A stretch of DNA of 20,000 bases from IMG/VR virus record IMGVR_UViG_3300043811_000020, one strand, 5' to 3'. Positions within the stretch are counted from its first letter, which is position 1, and each line of letters opens with the position of its first letter. Source of the stretch: an uncultured virus (IMG/VR IMGVR_UViG_3300043811_000020) (Duplodnaviria > Heunggongvirae > Uroviricota > Caudoviricetes). The notes below the pieces were generated by a model that was given only the letters and a program-made list of their open reading frames with translations, was not told where the DNA came from and ran no database searches. The translations under genes were made by a program, and so were the position numbers. This document shows, in pieces, positions 7,986 through 16,642 of the stretch.

Positions 7986-10900
7986 TAGTCGCTCCTGTCA
8001 TACCCTGCACCAACGCTAGATCACTGCGCGCCTGCGTTACCGCGGCGGTAATCGTGTCGTCCGTGATCTCAGCCTCGTCCTCCTCGGCGACCGGCCGCTC
8101 CGTGATTGCCGTCTGTCGGAACAGCATACTCTCAAACGGTGAACCCGCCGGCACAGGGATACGCATGACGGTCTCGCGCAGGCCGCCGACGCCGGTGCCA
8201 ACGGCCAAGTCCACCTTGTGAACCGTCTTCGCGTCGTAGTGCCGCTCCATCGACTTGATCACCATGAGCGGGCTGGTTGTCTGGAGCTTCGCCAGTTCCA
8301 CCTCCAGGCGCTTCTTGGAGATGTCGATTACCCGGTCGTTGACCGAGCACCGAATATTGATCGGTGCAGGGCGGTCCTTGCTCGGGCCGGCAAGGTGAAC
8401 GATGGCGTCCGGGAAACCCTTCTTGCGCGACGGCATGGACTGCACCCAGAGGGTGTTACCCACGAGCGCCTTGGTGACCTGGGCGAGCAGGTTGAGCGTG
8501 TTCGCCGCGGTGCCGCCGACGATCTCTGCGCGCGCCACCGTCTGCCGCTGGGCGAAATACTGTTCCTTCAGCCACGTCCAGAGGTTTTCCAGGTGGAACT
8601 CGCACCCTAATTGGTTGGCGAGTTCAGCGCCGCAGAAGATCGCCGTGGCAATGGCCGAGTGGAACCGTTCTTCATTCGAGTGATCAACCTCGCGGTTGAA
8701 CTGCGCGCGCTTGGCGCGCACGTACTTACCGATCCCTTCCGGGTCCGATCCCAGGAGGTGACCGTAGGCGAGACCCATGTGCCCGTAGTTGTGGTCCAAA
8801 GAAGCCATCAAACGGGACACGTCTGCCTCGGGAATATTACTGGGCCGGCGCGCCACACGGAACTCGAAGATACGTTGCAGTGTCGCGTCGGTGCCGTTGG
8901 TCTTCCGCATGATGTTGTCGGAGAGCGACTGGTTGCTCGCCACAACCATGAGCGTCTGCCAGTCCTCGACGTGGAACATCTCCCGGGATTGTTTCAACCT
9001 TGACGCCCCGCCGCCCTCGGTCAGCATGCCGAGCATGTCCCTGATTTCGTCCATCTTGTCCTCGGTGCTGATCTCGTCCCAGAACACCGGGAGGTTTTTT
9101 ATACAATCCAGCTTCTTGAGGATGCCTTTCTGGGACGACAACGGCCGCTCCTTGGTGAGCTTGGGGCATCCCCACGCGCTGGCGCCGACCTGGATCGCTG
9201 TGCTCTTGCCGGCGCCGCTCTCGGGCGACCATGGCGCCAGGATCGCGTTGTACTGGTCGCAGAACGTCATGAGCGGCGCGCCAAAACCCGACGCGGTGAT
9301 AGCTTCACCGGGGGCGTAGTTCTGATCCGTGATGATCTTGCACGCACGCGTCCAGAGGGTGCCGTCGCCGACGGGCTTGTAGGCCATCTCGATCTCTTGA
9401 TCGGAGAACCCGGAAATCTGTACCTCGCCGCCTGCGCGCACGACACGGCCGCCGTACGCGAACCCGACAGGAACGTCGCCGCCCTTTTCTTTGTCGTACA
9501 GCCAGCCAAAGGGGATGGTGTCAAGACGCCGCTGTGCGCCGTCTAGCTTCTCTGTCCAGGAAGTCATGAAGTGAGCGATCCTACGCTGGTTGGGAACGTA
9601 CGGCTTCACGCCGAAGCTCCGCAGGGATTTGATGAGCGTCTGCTCGGTGGCCAGATCAGTCTCGAATATCGCTACAGGCCCCCACGTACCACCATCGAGC
9701 GAAGTCTCAAACATGATCTTGCGGGAACCACGTTGGAGTATCGGCTTCCGCAGCTGGCACATGAACAGCGTCGCAAGCTGGTTGGCGTCGACCCCGTTAT
9801 TCAGGTCCTTGGTGACGATCTCGCAAATGTACCCAGTCTCACGGTCCACCGTAAACCCGGCAGGGAGCATCAGGTCCTCCGGGGGAGGCGGCGCTGCGTT
9901 GATGGTGATAGATGGCGGCTGGACGCGCTCGGCGAGATTAAGCGGGCTGCGTAGTTTGCCATGGTAGGGACAAGTCTTGCAGGATTTACATCCCTCGCTC
10001 TCGAACGCGACGCACGACGGCCAGCCTAGAGTGCCCTCCCGCTCGCGGAGCTTGCGATCATACATCGCGTCTGTCTCGTCTCGCGTGTACGTCGGGTACC
10101 CCTTCGAGAAATAATGTGCCCACTGCCGGCCGTCCTCGAACCACGTAGACGCCAGCATGGTCAGCATCCATAGGCCCTGTCCGTGGTCCTTGCCGTGATG
10201 CAAGGCGCTGTCCTGGAAGTGCCCGCAGTGCTTGAACACTTCGTCAGGGTTCAGCGGCAGGTCGTTGTGAAGGTTGATCCCTTCGGCGAGGCTGTCATAC
10301 TGCGGCAGGGGCAGGTTCGCCGCCAATAGAGCGTTCATGCCCCGCCCGGTGAACTGCGCAAGATCGAACGGAAGTACCGTCTTCGCGCTTACCGCCGCGG
10401 TAACAGCAAGTGGGGCTTTCTGTGGAGCCAGCGCTGAAAGGTGCGCCAGAGCGGTTTTAAAATCATAACTTGCTCCGAGGTGAACCAACCTAACGGGGCG
10501 CGAGGGAATTTGTTTGTTGTTGAAAGTTCCCGGTACACGTAAAATCCGCGCTTCGTCCGTGGTGAGACCGGCATCGCACCGAAGACCCAATCGCAGCATC
10601 TCAGCTTTGAGCCCTTCAGCGTAGGGCCGCCACTCAGGCACCATGAGGGGTTTGTCGCTGATCCAGTAGACGTGGACGCCGCCGCCTGTGAGCACCAGAG
10701 CCGACGGAGCCGGTAGTTTCGCCGCCCGATAGAACTGATCGATGCCGTCCAGTGCTTCCTTGAGCGTCGCATATCCCTTGTCCGGTTTCACGTCTACGTC
10801 GATCCAGATGGCCTTGAGGCGCATAGAGGTGGGCTTGGAGCGCGCGGCGATGGCCTGCCCGTGTATCACCTTGCCGGTGCATGACTGTGTCGACAGGCAG

Positions 10901-11100
10901 AAGTAGATTTCTTTATACACGCTGGGCTTGGTCGCAGCGTACTGCGCCATGTCCATGAACTCGTGCACATCCTTGAAGGGCTTCCCACGGAGCCCGTGAC
11001 CGCGGCTCTCGCTCGGCTTCCAATGAAGGTTCACGTAGCCGGGGCCATCAGGTCCCGGCCACGCAACAACTTGTTCCATGAACTCCTGAGGAGTAGGCAC
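7969..11100 (-). CDS. Primase (AEP/RepB-like) fused to a DUF927-type P-loop helicase
   Basis: Primase motifs IWIDVD, TGGGVHVYW and RILRVPGTFN; Cys cluster SCVAFESEGCKSCKTCP; Walker A SPESGAGKST and Walker B PVFWDE. Confidence 0.88.
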   Translation of the reverse strand: MPTPQEFMEQVVAWPGPDGPGYVNLHWKPSESRGHGLRGKPFKDVHEFMDMAQYAATKPSVYKEIYFCLSTQSCTGKVIHGQAIAARSKPTSMRLKAIWIDVDVKPDKGYATLKEALDGIDQFYRAAKLPAPSALVLTGGGVHVYWISDKPLMVPEWRPYAEGLKAEMLRLGLRCDAGLTTDEARILRVPGTFNNKQIPSRPVRLVHLGASYDFKTALAHLSALAPQKAPLAVTAAVSAKTVLPFDLAQFTGRGMNALLAANLPLPQYDSLAEGINLHNDLPLNPDEVFKHCGHFQDSALHHGKDHGQGLWMLTMLASTWFEDGRQWAHYFSKGYPTYTRDETDAMYDRKLREREGTLGWPSCVAFESEGCKSCKTCPYHGKLRSPLNLAERVQPPSITINAAPPPPEDLMLPAGFTVDRETGYICEIVTKDLNNGVDANQLATLFMCQLRKPILQRGSRKIMFETSLDGGTWGPVAIFETDLATEQTLIKSLRSFGVKPYVPNQRRIAHFMTSWTEKLDGAQRRLDTIPFGWLYDKEKGGDVPVGFAYGGRVVRAGGEVQISGFSDQEIEMAYKPVGDGTLWTRACKIITDQNYAPGEAITASGFGAPLMTFCDQYNAILAPWSPESGAGKSTAIQVGASAWGCPKLTKERPLSSQKGILKKLDCIKNLPVFWDEISTEDKMDEIRDMLGMLTEGGGASRLKQSREMFHVEDWQTLMVVASNQSLSDNIMRKTNGTDATLQRIFEFRVARRPSNIPEADVSRLMASLDHNYGHMGLAYGHLLGSDPEGIGKYVRAKRAQFNREVDHSNEERFHSAIATAIFCGAELANQLGCEFHLENLWTWLKEQYFAQRQTVARAEIVGGTAANTLNLLAQVTKALVGNTLWVQSMPSRKKGFPDAIVHLAGPSKDRPAPINIRCSVNDRVIDISKKRLEVELAKLQTTSPLMVIKSMERHYDAKTVHKVDLAVGTGVGGLRETVMRIPVPAGSPFESMLFRQTAITERPVAEEDEAEITDDTITAAVTQARSDLALVQGMTGATNGPIA
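8037..8051. repeat. Dispersed palindrome TTACCG-CGG-CGGTAA, copy 2 (primase-helicase C-terminal tail)
   Basis: Read directly; encodes ITAAVT on the - strand. Confidence 0.95.
10389..10403. repeat. Dispersed palindrome TTACCG-CCG-CGGTAA, copy 3 (primase linker)
   Basis: Exact reverse complement of copy 1; encodes VTAAVS on the - strand. Confidence 0.95.
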
Positions 11101-11124
11101 GGTCGTCCACGCGTTCCAGCCTGA

Positions 11125-12333
11125 TCACTTGGCGGTGATCAGGGAAGCAATCCTGGCGTCGAGTTCCGCGTCCGTGTCCTCCGGTTCACCCGCGTCCTGT
11201 ACCGTCTGCGCTGCCGGGGCCAATGGAGCGTCCGGTTGCGCAAGTCCGCCCAAGCCGGTCGGGGCAGCGCCCTGCTGGGTGGCAGGTGTCGCACCACCAA
11301 AGCCGGTGTCGACAATCCCCCCACTTGCCCCAGGTGCCTGTGTAGGCGTGCTCGGAGTTGCGCTCGGGGTCGAAGTAGCTGACGCGGATGGAGCGGGAGC
11401 TTGCGTGCTGGGTGTAGCAGGTTGGGCAAATGCGGTGACGCTTGAGGATGTGCCCAGGGTCGCCGTTTGGGAGGCCGCCGTTGATGCCGTAGATTGGGCG
11501 CCACCAACGCCTTGCGTAGCCGGTGCCGCAGGCGCAGTCAGGCCAGTTGCAGCTGTCTGGGTTAGCAAGGTTGTGGGCATTCCCGAGGGGGTCTCGATAC
11601 CGGTAATCCTCCCCACCATCGGGTCGGATCGCACTTCCAGGATCACAGGGGCTTCCTGATCGGTCAAGCCCTGGAGCGGCCGAAACACCATGCTGGGGTG
11701 CGCCTTGTTCGGGTCGAACACGATCCGCGTGATGTAGCTCGAATAGTGGTACCCCTGCGCCGCCATCGTCTCGCCCATGATCGCGAGCGAGTTCAGACTG
11801 TCCGGGGGCACCCGGAGAAACACCGGCTCGATCAACGGCGTGCCCAGGATCGGCTTGGTCTGGGTCGGCAGGATCAGGATGGCGAGGCGTTTGTAGTCGG
11901 TGCATTCGCGGCCTTTCTTGCCGTTGGGCATGTTCTTCCAGACATTGCGGGGGCACGTGGCGCAGTGATCGCTTTGCTGTTGTTGCACGTCCGCGTCCGG
12001 GGTGATCCCGTCGATGGACGAGCAGATCGGTCGGTCGCCATCGCTCGTGCCCGGCATGTACTGCTTGTAAAATGACTTGGATTTGGTCTTGGCTTGACCG
12101 AGGATGATCGCGTCGAGGTACGGGCTCGGAGCACCGGTGGCCGGGTCGAGGATATTGTGGCGCTCGCCCCTGATGCGAAGGGACCACGTCTTTCCCTTGT
12201 AGCCGACGACCCCGTACGACTGGCCGATGCCTTCAGCGAGGTTGTCATCCTGCGCGTCCAGGCCGGCGCCCGCGAAGGCTTTGGCCATGGCTTTGTTCTT
12301 GAAGCTGTCGGGGATTTGAAGCTCTTGACCCAT
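11125..12333 (-). CDS. Putative ssDNA-binding/annealing protein with a Cys cluster and acidic C-terminus
   Basis: RBS AAGGAG 8 nt before ATG 12333. Four-Cys motif (CSSIDG...CATCPRN...ECTDY), a long Ala/Thr/Pro linker and an acidic tail (EPEDTDAELD), located in the replication module. The SSB role is inferred. Confidence 0.55.
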   Translation of the reverse strand: MGQELQIPDSFKNKAMAKAFAGAGLDAQDDNLAEGIGQSYGVVGYKGKTWSLRIRGERHNILDPATGAPSPYLDAIILGQAKTKSKSFYKQYMPGTSDGDRPICSSIDGITPDADVQQQQSDHCATCPRNVWKNMPNGKKGRECTDYKRLAILILPTQTKPILGTPLIEPVFLRVPPDSLNSLAIMGETMAAQGYHYSSYITRIVFDPNKAHPSMVFRPLQGLTDQEAPVILEVRSDPMVGRITGIETPSGMPTTLLTQTAATGLTAPAAPATQGVGGAQSTASTAASQTATLGTSSSVTAFAQPATPSTQAPAPSASATSTPSATPSTPTQAPGASGGIVDTGFGGATPATQQGAAPTGLGGLAQPDAPLAPAAQTVQDAGEPEDTDAELDARIASLITAK

Positions 12334-12360
12334 GACGGGCACTCCTTCGTGAGGGGGTTG

Positions 12361-12375
12361 TTACCGCGACGGTAA
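12361..12375. repeat. Dispersed palindrome TTACCG-CGA-CGGTAA, copy 4 (intergenic)
   Basis: Read directly; lies between the stop at 12381 and the RBS of the 12333 gene. Confidence 0.95.
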
Positions 12376-12380
12376 AACGA

Positions 12381-12782
12381 TCAGTCCTTTTTGCCGCTCG
12401 GCCGTCGCACACCGAGCGTCTGGATGGCGTTGAGGTTGCATCCTGCGGGAAGTTGGTTGTGCTCGTTCACATAGTCCTTGACGGCCTGCGCGTTGGCGCG
12501 GCGCTCGATCAAATCCCAGTGACCCTCTTTGACGAAATTCATGAAGGCTTCCGCGTCCGCCACGCTGGCGGTCCATCTGGTGGAGAGGTAGCACGTACCG
12601 GCCCTGGACTTCAAGCCGTCCGTGATGTTGTTGATCTCCATGAATGCACGGATACGTCCTGACAGCTGTTCCTGAATATCGAGTAAAGGCTTCTTCTCAG
12701 CCTCGTACTTTTCGTCGACACGTTTGATCGCGTCACGAACTTGGATGTACTGCGCGATGCGCTTTTCGATGTCTTCCGCCAT
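12381..12782 (-). CDS. Phage coiled-coil protein (loosely Gam/Gp157-like, 133 aa)
   Basis: RBS AGGAG. N-terminal coiled coil followed by a beta-rich part ending LPAGCN; a type commonly found beside phage SSB and helicase genes. Confidence 0.6.
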   Translation of the reverse strand: MAEDIEKRIAQYIQVRDAIKRVDEKYEAEKKPLLDIQEQLSGRIRAFMEINNITDGLKSRAGTCYLSTRWTASVADAEAFMNFVKEGHWDLIERRANAQAVKDYVNEHNQLPAGCNLNAIQTLGVRRPSGKKD

Positions 12783-12984
12783 GCTCGTCTCCTAGTGTCT
12801 GGTCTATGCGTGCGTTCAGCCGGCGACGGCGAATGAGTTCCCAGCCGGCTTTTTGTTTCTCCCACTCGCCGCGCCAATTCCAATAGGCCACCGCGGCATC
12901 GAGGGTCTTAAAGGGCTTCTCCCACACGTGGCACACGCCGCGCGTCTTTAGGGCGTGCCGCCACGTCGCTACCATGCCGCTCAC
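12733..12984 (-). CDS. Hypothetical protein (83 aa)
   Basis: GTGA start/stop overlap with the upstream ORF; Trp-rich; overlaps the next gene by 50 nt. Confidence 0.4.
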   Translation of the reverse strand: MSGMVATWRHALKTRGVCHVWEKPFKTLDAAVAYWNWRGEWEKQKAGWELIRRRRLNARIDQTLGDEHGGRHRKAHRAVHPSS

Positions 12985-13163
12985 TTCTTGCGCTTCCCAC
13001 GCAGCGCCATGGCCAGCCGGCGCTCGCGCGCTGCCGCCTCACGGCGCTCATACGTTTCTCGGCTGTGCGTCACGTAGTGCGGGCGTCTCTGCGGCGGCAG
13101 GTGACGGTAGCCGCCCACTGCCTGTTTTCGCCTTCGCTTCGCCGTCGCTGCTGCGCAACCCAT
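12981..13163 (-). CDS. Small basic hypothetical protein (60 aa)
   Basis: RBS GGGAG upstream of the ATG; very Arg/Lys-rich; coupled to the next ORF. Confidence 0.4.
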   Translation of the reverse strand: MGCAAATAKRRRKQAVGGYRHLPPQRRPHYVTHSRETYERREAAARERRLAMALRGKRKK

Positions 13164-13329
13164 AGCCTGTTCTCCCGTCGAAAATCAGTATCACTCGTGC
13201 ACCACTCCAATAGCCATGGCCTCCGCGGTGCCACGCGTACCAGCGATTGTTATGTGTCCTGGGGTACACGCCGTGGGGGGGCCAAGGACTGGCCCTCCAC
13301 ACGTCGCCGCGTCGCACCGCCTGCACGGT

Positions 13330-13908
13330 TCAGTCCTTGCCGATCAAGTCCAGCACGTATCTCACTGCCATGGCAGCCACCTGGATCGCTTCCTCGCGCG
13401 CGACGGTGGCACGTCCGAAGTCGGCCTTCACGGTCTCCCAGAGTTCGTCCAGTTCCTCTTGGATCACGGCGTATCCCTCGTGAGGACTGTTGAAACTCTT
13501 CGGGTGCTTCTGCATGGCACGCACGATTTCCTCGTGCACCTCGTTGAGGATTTGCTCGACGTAGGGCTCCCCACCCGGCTGGTTCGCCGACGCGGTACCA
13601 CCACCCGCATCCCCTGCCGTTTCGGGGTCCTGCTCGCTGTCCGCCTTGCTGCCGAAGAGAGCCTTGAACATGTCCTCAAGGGTTGCTCCCGATCCTGTCA
13701 CGAACTGCACCGTCACATTCGGATCGTTCCGGTCGAAGCCGAATTGTTCCTTGATCGCGCCAGGATCGAATTGCGGCCCAGAGGTCTCCTGTTGCGGTTC
13801 CTGCTTGGAGGAGGGAGACGATCTCCTGCGGGGTTGCGAGTTCATACGTTCCGTCAGGCGCTCGAACACCTTGGAAAGATGGTTGTTGTCGTCGGGGTGC
13901 TGACCCAT
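13330..13908 (-). CDS. MazG-like all-alpha NTP pyrophosphohydrolase domain protein
   Basis: RBS AGGAG before ATG 13908. C-terminal HEGYAVIQEELDELW...REEAIQVAAMA gives the EExxE...ExxQ pattern; the N-terminal half looks disordered. Confidence 0.65.
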   Translation of the reverse strand: MGQHPDDNNHLSKVFERLTERMNSQPRRRSSPSSKQEPQQETSGPQFDPGAIKEQFGFDRNDPNVTVQFVTGSGATLEDMFKALFGSKADSEQDPETAGDAGGGTASANQPGGEPYVEQILNEVHEEIVRAMQKHPKSFNSPHEGYAVIQEELDELWETVKADFGRATVAREEAIQVAAMAVRYVLDLIGKD

Positions 13909-13947
13909 TGCCTTGCTCCTGTGGTTGGCTGGTCTCACTCGTAGTGC

Positions 13948-15492
13948 TCATAGTGCGGTACCGGTAGCTTCCTCGACCAGTTCCAGGAAGCTGTTCTGCA
14001 TCTTCTGGTGATCCCGCAACATTCGGTAGAGCTTTCGTTCAACCGGCGTGGCTTGAAGGTGTAGCAGTTGCTGTTTGTGCAGCTGTCCAATCCGGGTGAT
14101 ACGCGCATTGAATTGGTCATACACGTCCAGCGACGCAAAAGGCAAGTACCAAATGATCATGTCCGCCGCTGTGAGCGTGAGCCCGTGGTGCACACAGCCA
14201 GGGTGGGCAAGCATGGACTGATACTTGTCGGTGTTTTGAAACAGGTTGAACAGACGCTCCCGGTCCGGCGTGTCACCGTGCACGCAACAATGGTCGATCT
14301 CCACGCCCTTCATGTTGAAAATCCGACTTATGCCGTCGATCATGTGCCGGTAAGGAACTGCGATCAGGACTTTGTTATTGGCGGACCTGATCAGGTCCGC
14401 CATGGCCACGATCCTCGGGCTCGGGTCCACGCGCACGAACTCGGGGCGCTGTGTGTACACCCAGCCACCGGCGATCTGTAGGAGCTTGTTCATCGCAGCA
14501 CCGGCATTGAGCGCGGTGATACGCTTATCCTTGATGTCAGCCACCATGGCGGTCGCCACACGTTTGTACACCTTCTCTTGCTCTGCCGAGAGGGGCACGT
14601 CCACCGTGCGTGAGATAAGCGGCGGTAGCTCGACCACGTCCTCCAGGGCATACCGGCAGGAGGGCTGCATCCAGCCGAAGGCCCGCTTCTCAGCGTCAGG
14701 CTTGGGGCGCCAGAGATAATTACTCACGTGCGTCATGAGCATTTCGCGGGCGTGACCCTGGTACCGCGGCACTCGCCCAGGGGTGACGATCATGCACTGC
14801 GCCCACACGTCGGTCGGCTCGTTGGGCATTGGCGCCCCGGTCATACCCCACACGATACTGAACCTGTTCGCGAATTTTCTCATTCGTTTTGAACGGTCAG
14901 AATTATTTCGGTATACAGCCAACTCGTCCAGGACCAACGTATCAATGTCAGCCCGGGTCCAAAGTTCAGTCTCAATGACCCTAAGCCCGTCGTGATTGAT
15001 GACGTATATGTCTGCATCTCGTGATAAGGCGTCCAGGCGTGCTTGGCGCGAGCCATGCAAAATCTCCACGCGGCGTCCAGGGAGTGTACGGAAGGCTTCG
15101 GCTGCCCATACAAAGCGAAGCGTCGAGAGGGGAGCAACCACCAACAACTTTTTGGCGAGACCTTGCTTATTAAGATAATCCCACGCCCAAAGTGCAGTCT
15201 TAGTCTTGCCGGTCCCCATGTGATTGAGTACGTACGCATGCGGGTTCTCCGTGAGCATCCGACACGTGGCGCGCTGCACCGCGTACGGCGTGCCGCCGCA
15301 CCAGTCGTAGTAGAAGTCGACAGGGTTCGGAACCTTGTAGCCCAGGTGCCGCAGCATCAGCACCTCGCGCAGGCCGTGCGGCACGACGCGGTTACCGTCC
15401 GGTAACACCGGCGCCGCAGGGAACATGCTCGCGACGCCGGGGCTGTCAGGCACCACCAGACATTGGTTCGCTCGTGACACCTTCACAGGCAT
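13948..15492 (-). CDS. SNF2-like superfamily 2 helicase
   Basis: Motif I HMGTGKT, Ia LVVAPLS, II LVLDELA, III MTGAP, V HGLTLTAAD and VI QFNARITRIGQ. Confidence 0.9.
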   Translation of the reverse strand: MPVKVSRANQCLVVPDSPGVASMFPAAPVLPDGNRVVPHGLREVLMLRHLGYKVPNPVDFYYDWCGGTPYAVQRATCRMLTENPHAYVLNHMGTGKTKTALWAWDYLNKQGLAKKLLVVAPLSTLRFVWAAEAFRTLPGRRVEILHGSRQARLDALSRDADIYVINHDGLRVIETELWTRADIDTLVLDELAVYRNNSDRSKRMRKFANRFSIVWGMTGAPMPNEPTDVWAQCMIVTPGRVPRYQGHAREMLMTHVSNYLWRPKPDAEKRAFGWMQPSCRYALEDVVELPPLISRTVDVPLSAEQEKVYKRVATAMVADIKDKRITALNAGAAMNKLLQIAGGWVYTQRPEFVRVDPSPRIVAMADLIRSANNKVLIAVPYRHMIDGISRIFNMKGVEIDHCCVHGDTPDRERLFNLFQNTDKYQSMLAHPGCVHHGLTLTAADMIIWYLPFASLDVYDQFNARITRIGQLHKQQLLHLQATPVERKLYRMLRDHQKMQNSFLELVEEATGTAL

Positions 15493-15820
15493 TGGGCGGT
15501 CCTAGCTCGTCATACACACAGCCGAGACGAAAGAACTGACCCTTCGTGAGGGTCGTGATCATGTTCGTCACGTCATCCTTGGTGCGGACGGCGAATACCG
15601 CGCCGCCCGCGTTCGCGATCTGCTTGGCTGTCTCCCACTGCCTCGGGGTGAGCTTCTTCCCCGGGACCTTGGTCTCAATCGCGATAAACCACCCTCGCCA
15701 GCACGTATAGAAGTCCAGGCCAGGAGCGCCCATGCCGTTCTGCACGGGCATGAAGTGGTAGAAGCCGTTAGCCTTTAGGGCCGCTTTGACCCAAGCCTTG
15801 ACGCGTCCCTCGGGTGTCAT
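15446..15820 (-). CDS. VRR-NUC domain nuclease (Holliday-junction-resolvase-like)
   Basis: RBS GGAG before ATG 15820; TPEGRVK...GAPGLDF...FIAIETKVPGKKLTPRQ...GG pattern; adjacent to the SNF2 helicase as is usual. Confidence 0.85.
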   Translation of the reverse strand: MTPEGRVKAWVKAALKANGFYHFMPVQNGMGAPGLDFYTCWRGWFIAIETKVPGKKLTPRQWETAKQIANAGGAVFAVRTKDDVTNMITTLTKGQFFRLGCVYDELGPPNACEGVTSEPMSGGA

Positions 15821-16001
15821 GCCAGAACTCCACTGCTTTCTGGCAGAACCATGCCCACCACTGCTCGCGGGCGTCAAGGGTCCGCAGTAGGTCGCGCAAG
15901 GCGCCGCGCTGCGTATAGAACGCGCGCGACACCTTGCCGTCTTCGTCACGCCAGTACCAGTAGCCGGCGTGCATGAAGGGATTGGGCTGTGGGGTGCTCA
16001 T
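15768..16001 (-). CDS. Hypothetical protein (77 aa)
   Basis: ATGA overlap with the upstream stop and RBS GGAGAG; GYWYWRDEDG motif. Confidence 0.6.
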   Translation of the reverse strand: MSTPQPNPFMHAGYWYWRDEDGKVSRAFYTQRGALRDLLRTLDAREQWWAWFCQKAVEFWHDTRGTRQGLGQSGPKG

Positions 16002-16357
16002 GCCACTCTCCGATCTGCGTAGTGCTTGTAGTTGGTCTCGCTCTTGCCGCGTGCCGGCATGATGTCCTTCGGGGCGTAACACCCCATCCACACCACGGGC
16101 TCATGCGGCGTCTTGCGCTTGACAGCGATGTAGCTCCAGATGCCGTCACTGAGTTTCTTCTGAACGAGTGTCACCTTGCCGGCCTCCATCGCTTCCCATG
16201 CCGCCTTGCGTGTATTCCACGCCTTCATGAAATCGATCCCGAAGTTGGTGTCCCACCACAAAAGCCCGACGTGGTAGATGATCTGGTCTCCGGGCTTCGC
16301 CGATGCGACGTATTCCTCAAACGTTGCTCGCGCCATCGTGACGGGCCGTGCGCTCAT
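15998..16357 (-). CDS. Phage hypothetical protein (119 aa)
   Basis: Strong RBS AGGGAGG. The pattern PGDQIIYHVG...AGKVTLVQKK...YIAVK resembles a family I associate with alphaproteobacterial (pro)phages. Confidence 0.75.
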   Translation of the reverse strand: MSARPVTMARATFEEYVASAKPGDQIIYHVGLLWWDTNFGIDFMKAWNTRKAAWEAMEAGKVTLVQKKLSDGIWSYIAVKRKTPHEPVVWMGCYAPKDIMPARGKSETNYKHYADRRVA

Positions 16358-16425
16358 AACCAACCTCCCTATTTAATAACGATCCACCGCCGCAAACGAA
16401 AGACGCAAACCGTACCGAGCGCAAA

Positions 16426-16642
16426 TCAAGTTTTCGTGAACGGTGTGCGCTCGTGCCGGCGTCCCATCGTCCAGTTCTTCGGCAGGCGAATTTCCGGGTT
16501 AGGGAATGTCCAACACTCTCCAGTCTCGTCCAGGAACACCACCCACATGAGGTGATGCTCTGTGTCGTAGTCCAGCAGGAAGTGTGCTTCCCCGACCCTT
16601 GGGTGTGTCGAGGGGCAGCGGCGGACTGATGCGTGTCAGCAC
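16426..16642 (-). pseudogene. Frameshifted small phage gene (about 72 aa if restored)
   Basis: The GTG 16642 frame reads MLTRISPPLPLDTPKGRG. The continuation EAHFLLDYDTEHHLMWVVFLDETGECWTFPNPEIRLPKNWTMGR...* is in another frame. Total length is 217 nt (3n+1), with the shift at the G4 run 16590-16593. Confidence 0.7.

Noticed and set aside
12361..12375. Intergenic palindrome copies as simple rho-independent terminators
   Set aside because: There is no U-tract after the stem in the transcribed (-) direction, and identical copies sit inside coding regions.
13048..13326. 92-aa - strand ORF filling the gap after the MazG-like gene
   Set aside because: It overlaps the 12981..13163 ORF and has no recognisable motif; possible but unsupported.
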